DNA of 64,000 nucleotides from an uncultured Gemmatimonadales bacterium (GCA_963798915.1 CAWCVB010000001.1:160001-224000), one strand, 5' to 3'; positions 1 to 8,588 are shown, counted from the stretch's first letter. Notes: generated by a model from the sequence alone, not told the origin. Numbers and translations: made by a program.

Positions 1-751
1 CGAAGACGAGGCCGCTGTCCGGGCCAAAACCCTCCACCGTCTGTGGCGCGAAGGGGATGCTCACCGCCATGAACCTGCGGCCATTCTTCTCCACCGACCA
101 GGACTGATCCTCGGTAAGCTGCGGGACCGAAATGGTGTCGAGCAATGTCCCGACCGTGTCGAAGCGGACCTTGTACATGGCCCGCTTGGGCACGCCTTCC
201 GTCCCCGGACCCCGCACAACGATGAGCGGCAGGACCGCTCTCCAGGCAGCATCCAGTGCTACAGGGCCAAAGTAGTTGCCGACCGAGTGGAAGCTGCGGA
301 TGAAGGTGCCGCTGGTATCGAATAGCGAGGTCCGCTGTAACTGCGGATCGTGTACCAGCAGCCGGTTGCCGCGGATGGCGATGTAGGCGCTCCGGAACTC
401 CCCCGGGCCGTCACCTTCATGGCCAATGAGCCGGACGAAGGCGCCGGCGGAATCGAACACCTTGATGTTGACGGGCTTGTCGTCAGCCAGGTAGAGGCGA
501 TGCTGGGCATCCACCGCGAGACTGCTGGGGTCGATGAGCTCCGCCACGGTGCCCTGCTCCGGCTGAATCGGCGGCAGGTCCGCCAGGCGCCAGCCGCTGG
601 TGTCGGCCCAGGCTGTCGGACCGCTGCTGGTGACCCGCACGATGCCGCCCGGCAGCGTATCAATGACCGCGGTCGCGAGTCGGGAAGAAGAATCGGCACA
701 TGCGGCAAGGAGAGCCAAAGCAAGCGGGAGCGTGCAATGTCGGGGACCCAT
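1..751 (-). CDS. Six-bladed beta-propeller (NHL-like) lipoprotein, 3' end runs off the window
   Basis: Hand-translated; not in the ORF track because it has no stop in the window. MGPRHCTLPLALALLAAC (lipobox), then LAVDAQHRLYLADD..IKVFDSAGAFVRLIGHEGDGPGEF, the GxxGxGPGEF propeller signature. Confidence 0.8.
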   Translation of the reverse strand, partial: MGPRHCTLPLALALLAACADSSSRLATAVIDTLPGGIVRVTSSGPTAWADTSGWRLADLPPIQPEQGTVAELIDPSSLAVDAQHRLYLADDKPVNIKVFDSAGAFVRLIGHEGDGPGEFRSAYIAIRGNRLLVHDPQLQRTSLFDTSGTFIRSFHSVGNYFGPVALDAAWRAVLPLIVVRGPGTEGVPKRAMYKVRFDTVGTLLDTISVPQLTEDQSWSVEKNGRRFMAVSIPFAPQTVEGFGPDSGLVF

Positions 752-785
752 GCCCCAACTTGCAGAGAGGTGGAAGCAGGGGCAA

Positions 786-854
786 GGCAGGATGGGCAGG
801 ATGGGCAGGATGGGCAGGATGGGCAGGATGGGCAGGATGGGCAGGATGGGCAGG
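786..854 (+). repeat. 9-bp tandem repeat (GGCAGGATG) x about 7
   Basis: Read directly from the sequence. Confidence 0.95.
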
Positions 855-871
855 CCGAAGCTCGCCCAATC

Positions 872-965
872 GTCACCCCGGTGCAAACCGGGGTCCGCGA
901 GAGGCTCGTGCGGGGCGACTCAGTCGGGGTGAGCCCTCATGGATTTCGCCTTCCGGCGGAATGAC
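872..965. repeat. REP-like palindromic element, GTCA...TGAC family A
   Basis: Starts GTCACCCCGGTGCAAACCGGGGTCC and ends GGATTTCGCCTTCCGGCGGAATGAC; related copies at 8465 and 49081. Confidence 0.8.
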
Positions 966-1024
966 CAGCGAGCATCTCGATCCCCGGGCCGCCGAGTTGA
1001 CCGGACCGACCAGCGACGACCGAT

Positions 1025-2104
1025 CTACGTCTTTCGCCTTCCAACCTCCCTCCACTCACACCCTTCCGCGGAAATCAGGTACCGGTGCACCACCGTCCGC
1101 ACCGGATCACGATCGGCCTCCTGCTCGGTGACCAGCAGGGTATCGCCCTGGAAGCCGGTGAAGGGATGCCCGCCACCGTGCACCGGCACCGCACCATCCA
1201 CGCAGGCATGCTTCCGGTCCGCCGAGAGCAGCGAGAGCCAGGCCACGCTCTGGATGGCGTTGCCGTCCAGCACCTGGTCCATGTGCACCGCGGCGATCTG
1301 GCCGGTGGAGAGGCGATGCAGCTGGAACAGTCCGGACAGCGCCGAGAATCGCTCGGGAAACGGCGTCCCGGGAGCGGCCATCAGGGCGAGACCTCTGTCG
1401 GTGACGCCCTTGCGCCGCGCGACCGGCAGCTCGATCCGTTCGAGCGGTCGGCCGGCGGTGTCGAGCAGCACGATCTCGTTGCTGCCGGAGTAGCCGCCCA
1501 CAATGGTGTCGCCCCATACATCGAGGGCCACGATGGTGAAGATGCCACGGAGCGGCGGGCTCGCCTTGTAGGACGCAGGAAACGGGAAGAGCCTCCGGAA
1601 CGCGGTGTCCCCATCCCACCGGGCGATTCCGGTCTCGCTCCCCTGCTCCACGCCGCCGAACCAGACGGCGTCATTGCGCGCCACCACGTTGCGGAGGATG
1701 CCGGCATAGGGCACCTCGCCAATGCGCGCGCCGCTCGAGTCGAACAGGGTAAGCCGCCGAAGCTGGTCGTCGCCCACGGCAAATCGCCCCTCAGCCAGCG
1801 GCACCGCCTGGGTGGGCCCGCGAAACTCGCCCGGCCCGTCGCCCTTCCGGCCGACCACGTCGAGCCACTGCCCATCGGGAGCGAATCGCACCACCCGCGC
1901 CTGCGCCATGTCGGTTACGAGGTACCGGCCCCCGCCATCTTCCGCCACTCCACCCAGCTGGGCAACATATTCCGCTCCGCTTTCGCTCAGGACCACACTG
2001 TCAACCAGCGAAAGGGCGGGTCCGGTATCCTCGCGCGACCGGGGGGTGTCGCTCCCACACGCTGCAACGCCGAGCCCCAGGCTCACCGCGGCGATGAACC
2101 TCAT
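1025..2104 (-). CDS. Six-bladed beta-propeller lipoprotein
   Basis: MRFIAAVSLGLGVAAC lipobox and VVGRKGDGPGEFRGP motif; the ATG overlaps the upstream peptide stop (ATGA). Confidence 0.85.
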   Translation of the reverse strand: MRFIAAVSLGLGVAACGSDTPRSREDTGPALSLVDSVVLSESGAEYVAQLGGVAEDGGGRYLVTDMAQARVVRFAPDGQWLDVVGRKGDGPGEFRGPTQAVPLAEGRFAVGDDQLRRLTLFDSSGARIGEVPYAGILRNVVARNDAVWFGGVEQGSETGIARWDGDTAFRRLFPFPASYKASPPLRGIFTIVALDVWGDTIVGGYSGSNEIVLLDTAGRPLERIELPVARRKGVTDRGLALMAAPGTPFPERFSALSGLFQLHRLSTGQIAAVHMDQVLDGNAIQSVAWLSLLSADRKHACVDGAVPVHGGGHPFTGFQGDTLLVTEQEADRDPVRTVVHRYLISAEGCEWREVGRRKT

Positions 2105-2289
2105 CGGGGCATCGGAACGGTCCAGCGCCAACAGGGACAGCGGTAGGTGTCGTTGTTGCAGTCATCCATGCAGTTACCGCTGATATCCCGCCAGTGATAC
2201 TTCCAGGGCACGGCGGTGGTGGCGCGCGCTCCGGACGCAAGCCCCGCAAGCATCAGGACCACGACGGACAGCACCTTGAGATTTGCCAT
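2101..2289 (-). CDS. Small secreted four-cysteine peptide 2
   Basis: Strong SD GAGGAGG; signal peptide ending ARA; mature TTAVPWKYHWRDISGNCMDDCNNDTYRCPCWRWTVPMPR; paralog of 2302..2514. Confidence 0.85.
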   Translation of the reverse strand: MANLKVLSVVVLMLAGLASGARATTAVPWKYHWRDISGNCMDDCNNDTYRCPCWRWTVPMPR

Positions 2290-2301
2290 GTCCACGCCTC
2301 C

Positions 2302-2514
2302 TCAAACATTGATCCAGAATCCGCCGCCCGATATCGGCCAGCAGGGACACTGGTAGGTGTGACCGCAACTCGACACGCATTTCCCGTCCAGATCCCGCCA
2401 TTGGTAGTAGCCCGCCTCGAACGGAAAGATGTAGATGGGCACGGCGTGGAGCGCCGGCGCGAGCACACTGATGAGCAGGCCCACCAGCAGGAGGCGACGA
2501 CCAAGATTTCGCAT
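2302..2514 (-). CDS. Small secreted four-cysteine peptide 1
   Basis: Start overlaps the upstream stop (TAATG); signal peptide ending ALHA; mature VPIYIFPFEAGYYQWRDLDGKCVSSCGHTYQCPCWPISGGGFWINV. Confidence 0.85.
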   Translation of the reverse strand: MRNLGRRLLLVGLLISVLAPALHAVPIYIFPFEAGYYQWRDLDGKCVSSCGHTYQCPCWPISGGGFWINV

Positions 2515-2936
2515 TATTTCCTCGCTTGGGGAACGGTGAAGAGCTGCGCGGGACCGGCTTCGCCACTCCAGACCTCGCGGCCGGCGACGAGCAGCACGAC
2601 TCGCATGGTGCGGCCTTCGACCAGCCAGCCCGCCCCGGGCAGCAGGCCATCCACATCGGCACGTCCTGCCCGGAGCTGACGGCGCTCACCCTCGGTTGGC
2701 CTGGCGGTCAGGACCAGGCGAACCTGGCCGGGATGCTGCTTGCGCCAGGCTATCCAGTCGGGCAGGGTGCTGCCACAGGAGAAGCAGCGGGAGGGATTGT
2801 AGAACAGCACCGCAGTGCTTTCCGCGCCAGCCAGCTCGGCCACGCGCCGGCCATCGTCGAGGAGGAGGCGCCCCGCATCAGCGGGACGCCCGCAGGCGGC
2901 AGGGAGAACGGCGAGGAGGAAAAGCAGACGGCGCAT
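2514..2936 (-). CDS. Thioredoxin-fold CxxC lipoprotein
   Basis: Lipobox LPAAC; VLFYNPSRCFSC (strand then CxxC) followed by a helix and the strand VRLVLT. Confidence 0.7.
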   Translation of the reverse strand: MRRLLFLLAVLPAACGRPADAGRLLLDDGRRVAELAGAESTAVLFYNPSRCFSCGSTLPDWIAWRKQHPGQVRLVLTARPTEGERRQLRAGRADVDGLLPGAGWLVEGRTMRVVLLVAGREVWSGEAGPAQLFTVPQARK

Positions 2937-2978
2937 GAGCCACGATAGCCATGCGCCGTCAACCGAATGTCAAAACGA

Positions 2979-4125
2979 TCAGGGTTTGGGGTAGCGCTGC
3001 AGGTACCACAATCCATCGTCATCGGTGCGCGCCGCGTAGATGCCGCGGACACCGACCGCGACCAGGCGGGTCCTGGCCGGGAGCCGGACCTGGCGAAGCA
3101 GGTCGCCGGTCGGGCCGAAGATATCGACCAGTTCGGCCGCGCCCGCTGGCTGGGCACGCTCAACCCAGACCTCGCCTTCCGGCGACGTGATGGCGGTATT
3201 GGGCATGAAGGGCGGCTTGGTCTCGGGCCAGTCCACCTTGGGCGGCTCCGGCGCCACGGGCGGGCGCCCGCCCGATGGACGACTGCCCCCTCCGTCCCTG
3301 GTGTATGCGAAGTGCGCCCCGGTTGTCCTTCTGGCGCTCCTCCAATTCCTTCTTGTCGGCGTCGGTCACGGGCACCGGCGTGTACGAGACCGCAGCACCC
3401 GTCCTCGGTGCGGGCGCGCTCCACTCGGTGTGATACCGGCCGGCGCGCACGAACGCGACCCGGCCGGCATTGGTCACCGCCCAGTCGTCGGACACCGGGA
3501 ATGGCTGCTGCCGCATCATGACCGACCGGTTGCCCGCCGAGCCGGCGGTCGAGACGGCGACGGCAGGGAGCTTTACTTTGCCGATCTCGGTCAGCTGGTC
3601 GGCCTTGCGATCCCAGCGCAGCACCGGCGCGGAATCCGGCAGCGAGCGCGGATCTCCGGGCCCGTCGGCGCCAAAACCCGACCCCTGCACGTAGAGTCGG
3701 CCCATGGCGTCCGCGCCCTTGAAACGTCCGAACCCGGAAAGCCGGTCGGGAAAGGCCACCGTCCCGGTGGGGGTCCCGTCCGGCAAGATCACCAGGAAGC
3801 GGCTCTGGGCCGGGTCCACCACCCAGGTCGTGTCACCAGGCAGGGGCATCAGGCCCATCGGGAAGCCAAATTCCCTGGGCCCCTGTCCTTCCCGCCCGAT
3901 CGCCTTGGCATCGTCGGCCTTGAGGTCAACCAGCGACACGGTCCGCGCAAACACGTCGGCCACCACCAGCCGCCCATCGCTCAGCTCACGGACTGCCGTG
4001 ACCTGGTCGAACGGTTCCGACAACTCGGCATCAGGCCTGGAAAGCTGAACGATGGGAACCTGCTGCGCGCCCGCAGGCAGGACGACGGCAAGGATCAGGC
4101 TGGCCAGCGGGAGGGCACTGCGCAT
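2979..4125 (-). CDS. Secreted six-bladed beta-propeller with a one-base frameshift near 3303
   Basis: Signal MRSALPLASLILAVVLPAGA and IGREGQGPREFG motif; the C-terminus (PETKPPF..GEVWVER..YLQRY) continues in ORF 2979..3257 if one extra base in ATACACC is removed. Confidence 0.8.
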
Positions 4126-4218
4126 CGGCTCGGCTCGCGAAGGAGGTCGGTCAGATGATGCGCGAAGCGGGTCGAGGGTTGCGCGTTGGGAAAAAGGGGC
4201 TCGGGCTTGGGGGTTCGG

Positions 4219-4255
4219 GCGCACAGCGCACAGCGCACAGCGCACAGCGCACGGC
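4219..4255 (+). repeat. Heptamer array (GCACAGC) x about 5
   Basis: Read directly from the sequence. Confidence 0.9.
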
Positions 4256-4257
4256 GC

Positions 4258-4446
4258 CTAACGCTTGACGGCAGGCCGGCGAACCTGGCTCTCGAGTCCG
4301 ACCTCGGGCCGGATCACCAGAAAGACGGTCTTCTCGCCCACACCCACCACCGGCTTGCGCTCGGGCAGTGGAACTTCTCCGATGGGCCGGCCGCGGTCGA
4401 GGATCACGTAATGTCCTGGAGTCTTTTCAATCATTGGCGGTGTCAT
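4258..4446 (-). CDS. 62-aa protein resembling a single terminal propeller blade
   Basis: YVILDRGRPIGEVPLPERKPVVGVGEKTVFLV resembles VDIFGPTGDLLRQVRLPARTRLVAVGVRGIYAA of the adjacent propeller; AGGA lies upstream of the ATG. Confidence 0.5.
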   Translation of the reverse strand: MTPPMIEKTPGHYVILDRGRPIGEVPLPERKPVVGVGEKTVFLVIRPEVGLESQVRRPAVKR

Positions 4447-4509
4447 CTCATCCTGCACGGTGTTTGTGTACCTATGAGATGATACGAATGAGCGAATGGT
4501 TGCGTTGTG

Positions 4510-4740
4510 ACAGGACGGGCAGGGCGCGCAGGACGGGCGAGGCGGGCAGGATGGGCAGGATGGGCAGGATGGGCAGAGCGAAGTTCGCCACGCGCTGTCA
4601 TTGCGCCGACGAAGCAATCGAGTCGCTTGGATCCAGAAGTTGACCACCCGATTGCTTCGGCCCTTCGGGCCTCGCAATGACGTACTTGCCATCACCCGCC
4701 CATCCTGCCCATCTCGCCTTTCCCGCCCCGCCCGCCCTGA
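4510..4740. repeat. Composite element: 9-mer array, REP-like palindrome family B (4597..4681), inverted degenerate 9-mer array
   Basis: GGGCAGGAT repeats, then GTCATTGCG..GAAGCAATC..GATTGCTTCG..CGCAATGAC, then CCCATCCTG-type repeats. Confidence 0.85.
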
Positions 4741-4741
4741 C

Positions 4742-4770
4742 GAAACCCTTTCCCCCACCCCGGTGTCATA
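4742..4770 (+). promoter_or_regulatory. Putative ECF-type promoter (autoregulation)
   Basis: GAAAC-N17-TGTCAT about 45 nt upstream of the ECF sigma start; matches the generic AAC/GTC ECF pattern. Confidence 0.5.
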
Positions 4771-4813
4771 TGATCGTGAACGGCGCGCCCGACCTCTTGC
4801 TCCAGGGAGACCG

Positions 4814-5347
4814 GTGGACGAAGCCCAGTTAATCGATCGAGTCCTCGCGAAAGACCCGGTGGCGGAGCGCGCGCTCTATGACGCGCATGTGGACCGCATC
4901 TACCGGCTGGTCTACCGCATGGTGGGCGATGGCGACACCGCGGCCGACTGCGTCCAGGAGACCTTCATCAAGGCCTTCGACCGCCTGGCGGATTTCCGGC
5001 GGGAATCGGCGCTCGGGTCCTGGATCGGCGCGATCGCGGTCTCGGTCGCCCTCAATGCGCTCCGGACCCGGAAGCGGATGGCCGGCCGCCAGGTGCCGAT
5101 CGAGTTCGCGGAGGAGGCGGGCGCCACGTCCCGGCGCGGCGAACCCGACCTCCGATCCGGGATTCACCGGGCCATCAACGCCCTGCCGGACGGCTATCGC
5201 ACCGTCTTCGTGATGCACGATATCGAGGGTTACACCCATGAGGAAATCGGTCAGACCCTCTCGATCAATAGCGGCACATCCAAGGCGCAGCTCTTCCGGG
5301 CTCGCGCCAAACTGCGGAAAGCCCTCGCGGCCCACGCACCGGAGTGA
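4814..5347 (+). CDS. ECF RNA polymerase sigma factor
   Basis: Region 2 AADCVQETFIKAF..WIGAIAV; region 4 LPDGYRTVFVMHDIEGYTHEEIG..GTSKAQLFRAR; GTG start after GGGAGA. Confidence 0.93.
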   Translation: MDEAQLIDRVLAKDPVAERALYDAHVDRIYRLVYRMVGDGDTAADCVQETFIKAFDRLADFRRESALGSWIGAIAVSVALNALRTRKRMAGRQVPIEFAEEAGATSRRGEPDLRSGIHRAINALPDGYRTVFVMHDIEGYTHEEIGQTLSINSGTSKAQLFRARAKLRKALAAHAPE

Positions 5348-5350
5348 TGT

Positions 5351-6094
5351 ATGAGCGATGAATTCCGCAAAGATGAGGAGAAAGAGTCGTCGGTCGTCGG
5401 TCGCCGGTCGTCGAATGACCGAAGACAGACGACTGACGACCTGCTCCATGAGCCCCTCGACGAGACGCTCATGGCCCACGCCCGCGACTACAACAGGCCA
5501 GGCGAAGTGCCGCGTGAGGCCATGTGGGACAGGATACGGGATGGGCGAGATGGGCGGGATGGGCGGGATGGACGGGTGCTGCCGTTCCGACGCGTAGTGC
5601 GGATTGCCCTGCCGATCGCAGCGGTGCTGGCGGTGGGGATCCTGATCGGGCGGATGAGCCAGATGAAAGTCGTCGGTCATCAGTCGTCAGTCATCGCCGA
5701 AGACACGCATCCGTCGACCGAAGACGGACGACCCTCGACGGTCTTCGCGGTCGCCGCTGAACGGCACCTGGCCCAGGCCGAGTCGTTCCTGACGCTGTTC
5801 CGCGCGTCGGCGCGCGAGGGCCGGGACCAATCGCTGGCGCCCGCCACCGCACGCGAGCTGCTGGTGAACAACCGGCTGCTCATGGATTCGCCGGCTGCAA
5901 CCGACCCCAAGGTTGGCCGCCTGCTGGACGACATCGAGCTGGTATTGGCGCAGATCGCCCAGTTGCCGGCCGAAGGCCGGCGGGCCGACGCCCAGATCAT
6001 CACCGACGGTCTCGATGCCGGCGGCATTCTTACCCGGATCCGGTCCGAAGTCCGGCCCGGTCCAGCCGCGGCGCTGCCGCAAGGAGCACTCTGA
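5351..6094 (+). CDS. Putative membrane anti-sigma factor containing in-frame repeat insertions
   Basis: Directly follows the ECF gene; short N-terminal domain (VPREAMWDRI), one TM helix (IALPIAAVLAVGILIG) and a helical C-terminal domain. Confidence 0.7.
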   Translation: MSDEFRKDEEKESSVVGRRSSNDRRQTTDDLLHEPLDETLMAHARDYNRPGEVPREAMWDRIRDGRDGRDGRDGRVLPFRRVVRIALPIAAVLAVGILIGRMSQMKVVGHQSSVIAEDTHPSTEDGRPSTVFAVAAERHLAQAESFLTLFRASAREGRDQSLAPATARELLVNNRLLMDSPAATDPKVGRLLDDIELVLAQIAQLPAEGRRADAQIITDGLDAGGILTRIRSEVRPGPAAALPQGAL

Positions 6095-7644
6095 TGTCGC
6101 GTTTTGTAATGGCTCTTGCCGGGGTACTACTTCTCGGTGCCGGCGTCCAGGCGCCAGTGGCAGTCGACGGTCAACGGTCAAGAGTCAATGGTCAACGGTC
6201 AACGGTCAACAGTCAACGGTCAACGGTCCACAGTCCACGGTCAACGGTCAACGGTCAACGGACAACCGTCATCGGACAACCGTCGACCGTCGACCGTCGG
6301 CCCTCGACCATTGTCCCTGCCCCCTGGCTCACCGCCGACCCCGCCGACTCGCTCTACCGGGCAGCGCGTGAGGCGCTCAACCACAACCGCTACCGCGAGG
6401 CGTTGGACACTTTCCGCGAACTCGAGCGCCGCTATCCCAGGTCGGGCTACGTCGCCGACGGGCTCTACTGGCAGGCGTTTGCGCTCTACCGTCTCGGCGG
6501 CCGAGCCAACCTGCAGAGGGCGCGGTCACAGCTGGATGAACAGAAGAACCGGTTCCCCGCAGCCGCGACCCGGGGCGACGCCGACGCGCTCGCCGTACGG
6601 ATCAGCTCCGCGCTGGTGCAGTATGGCGACGCCTCGGCGGACGAGGCGCTGTACAACGAGGCCCGGCTCGCGCAGACAGCGCCGCCGGCGCCACCCAGAG
6701 CGCCTCACATGCCGCCTTCAATCCCAGCTGCCAGGCTGGCGCCGGCACCCGGCATGGGCGACGACGACTGCGGCTCTGGTGACGATGCCAAGGCCATGGC
6801 CCTGCAGGGCATCATGCGGAACAACCCGGAGCGGGCTGTGCCCATCCTGGAGAAGGTGCTGGCCCGTCGTGACCCCGAGTCGGTCTGCCTCCGCCGGCAT
6901 GCACTATTCGTCCTGGCCTCCAGCAACAATCCGGCGGGCAGCAGGCTGCTGCTGCAGGCAGTGTCGAGCGATCCCGACAAGGAGGTACGGGAAGGCGCGG
7001 TGTTCTGGCTGGCGCAGACCCACGACCCGAAGGCCGTCGCGCTGCTCGACTCGGTACTCAAGGCATCGACGGACGAGGATGTGCAGCAGGCAGCGATGTT
7101 CGCGCTGAGCACCAAGAGGGATCCGGAGGCCCGGCGGGTCATGAAGAGTTACCTCAACAAGCCCGGTGTGTCGCCGGACGTGGCCGGAATGGCGCTGTTT
7201 CAGCTGGCGCGGGATCCGGAGACCACACCCGCCGAGCTGAAGCAGTACTACGCCAACGCCAGCAGCACCGAGATGAAGTCGCAGGTCCTGGTGGCGATGA
7301 TGACCCGGCGTGACAAGGACACCGACTGGTTGATGTCCATTGCCACCAACAAGAATGAGGACCACGAGCTTCGGCAGCAGGCGCTCATGGCCATGGTGCA
7401 GAGTGGCATGCCCACGGCCGAGCTGCTCAAGGTGTTCGATGCCATCCCGCCGGATGACGAGATGCAGGGCATGATGATGATGCTGATGGCGCAGCGGCCC
7501 AACGATCCGGCCATCGTGGACCGGCTCATGTCCATCGCCCGCTCGTCGAAGAACAAGGAGATGCAGCAGCAGGCCATCTTCTGGCTGAGCCAGTCGAAGG
7601 ACCCGCGTGCGACCAAGCTGCTCGAGGAGATCCTGGAACAATGA
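6094..7644 (+). CDS. Exported TPR/HEAT-repeat protein
   Basis: Signal peptide; BamD-like TPR (YPRSGYVADGLYWQAFALY); HEAT repeats (EVREGAVFWLAQ, EMQQQAIFWLSQSKDPRA). Confidence 0.85.
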   Translation: MSRFVMALAGVLLLGAGVQAPVAVDGQRSRVNGQRSTVNSQRSTVHSPRSTVNGQRTTVIGQPSTVDRRPSTIVPAPWLTADPADSLYRAAREALNHNRYREALDTFRELERRYPRSGYVADGLYWQAFALYRLGGRANLQRARSQLDEQKNRFPAAATRGDADALAVRISSALVQYGDASADEALYNEARLAQTAPPAPPRAPHMPPSIPAARLAPAPGMGDDDCGSGDDAKAMALQGIMRNNPERAVPILEKVLARRDPESVCLRRHALFVLASSNNPAGSRLLLQAVSSDPDKEVREGAVFWLAQTHDPKAVALLDSVLKASTDEDVQQAAMFALSTKRDPEARRVMKSYLNKPGVSPDVAGMALFQLARDPETTPAELKQYYANASSTEMKSQVLVAMMTRRDKDTDWLMSIATNKNEDHELRQQALMAMVQSGMPTAELLKVFDAIPPDDEMQGMMMMLMAQRPNDPAIVDRLMSIARSSKNKEMQQQAIFWLSQSKDPRATKLLEEILEQ

Positions 7645-8387
7645 GGGTGTCATGGCTGGTCGCCGTCCTGCTCGCGCCCGGGATGCTCCGGGCGCAGGCG
7701 GTGACGGAACGGGTCGGGCGGGCTCCCGATGGCACCGTGCGGATGAGCTACGCGGCGCGTGAGGGGGTCTGCGGCAACGGCAGCAACATCAGCATGTCGG
7801 ACGACGGCGATCGCCAGTGGAAGAGCGACTGCCAGCACGGACCGATCCGGCTCACCTTCCAGAAGTCCGGCACCACCATCAGCCACATCAAGGTGCGGGT
7901 GGGCGGTGCCTGGCGCACCGACGCGCCGCCTGCCACCGACCTCGGCATGGTGCCGGCAGCCGAAGCGGCGGACTTCCTGCTCAAGCTTGCCGCGAGCGGT
8001 GCAGCCGATGGTGACGACGCGATCATGGGCGCTCAGCTGGCCGACAGTGTGATGGTATGGCCCCGGCTGCTCGATCTGACCCGGAACAGGGACCTGCCCC
8101 CGAAGACCAGGCAGTCGGCCATCTTCTGGGTAGCGCAGGCGGCCGGCGACAAGGTAGTCAAGACCATGGGCGACATTGCCGCCGACCGGAGCGAGAATCG
8201 GGAGGTGCGCTCGAGTGCGCTGTTTGCTTTGAGCAGACGGCCGGCGGACGAGAGCGTGCCGGCGCTGATCCGGCTTTCCAGTGACGACCGGGACCCGGAA
8301 ATCAGGCGCGAGGCGATGTTCTGGCTGGGCCAGAGCAAGGATCCGCGGGCACTGGAGTATTTCGAGAAGGTGCTGACGGCAAGATAG
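7641..8387 (+). CDS. Exported HEAT-repeat protein
   Basis: Signal peptide; TRQSAIFWVAQ and EIRREAMFWLGQSKDPRAL; ATGA overlap with the upstream gene. Confidence 0.85.
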   Translation: MRVSWLVAVLLAPGMLRAQAVTERVGRAPDGTVRMSYAAREGVCGNGSNISMSDDGDRQWKSDCQHGPIRLTFQKSGTTISHIKVRVGGAWRTDAPPATDLGMVPAAEAADFLLKLAASGAADGDDAIMGAQLADSVMVWPRLLDLTRNRDLPPKTRQSAIFWVAQAAGDKVVKTMGDIAADRSENREVRSSALFALSRRPADESVPALIRLSSDDRDPEIRREAMFWLGQSKDPRALEYFEKVLTAR

Positions 8388-8559
8388 GGCGGGATGGGCG
8401 GGATGGGCGGGATGGGCGGGATGGGCGGGATGGGCGGGATGGGCGGGCCGAAACTCGCCCATACGTCATTCCCGCGAAAGCGGGAATCCATGAGGGCCAC
8501 CCCCGGGCCAAGTCGCCATGAGCAAGCCTCTCATGGACCCCCGCCTGCGCGGGGGTGAC
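8387..8559. repeat. (GGGCGGGAT) x 6-7 array, linker and REP-like family A (8465..8559)
   Basis: Array starts at the TAG stop; linker CCGAAACTCGCCCA; GTCATTCCCGCGAAAGCGGGAATCC...GGGGGTGAC. Confidence 0.9.
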
Positions 8560-8588
8560 GATCATGCGAGCGCCCGCTCCTCCAGCTC

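Noticed and set aside
259..1131. ORFs with CPS/GQD/GRM/PAH/GWA repeats (apparent metallothionein- or collagen-like proteins)
   Set aside because: These are translations of the non-coding 9-mer array in different frames and overlap real genes.
2101..2514. Classical RiPP precursors (lanthipeptide, ranthipeptide, bufferin)
   Set aside because: Sec signal peptides rather than leader peptides, and no LanB/C/M, radical SAM, YcaO or MNIO gene in the window; genes beyond the left edge cannot be excluded.
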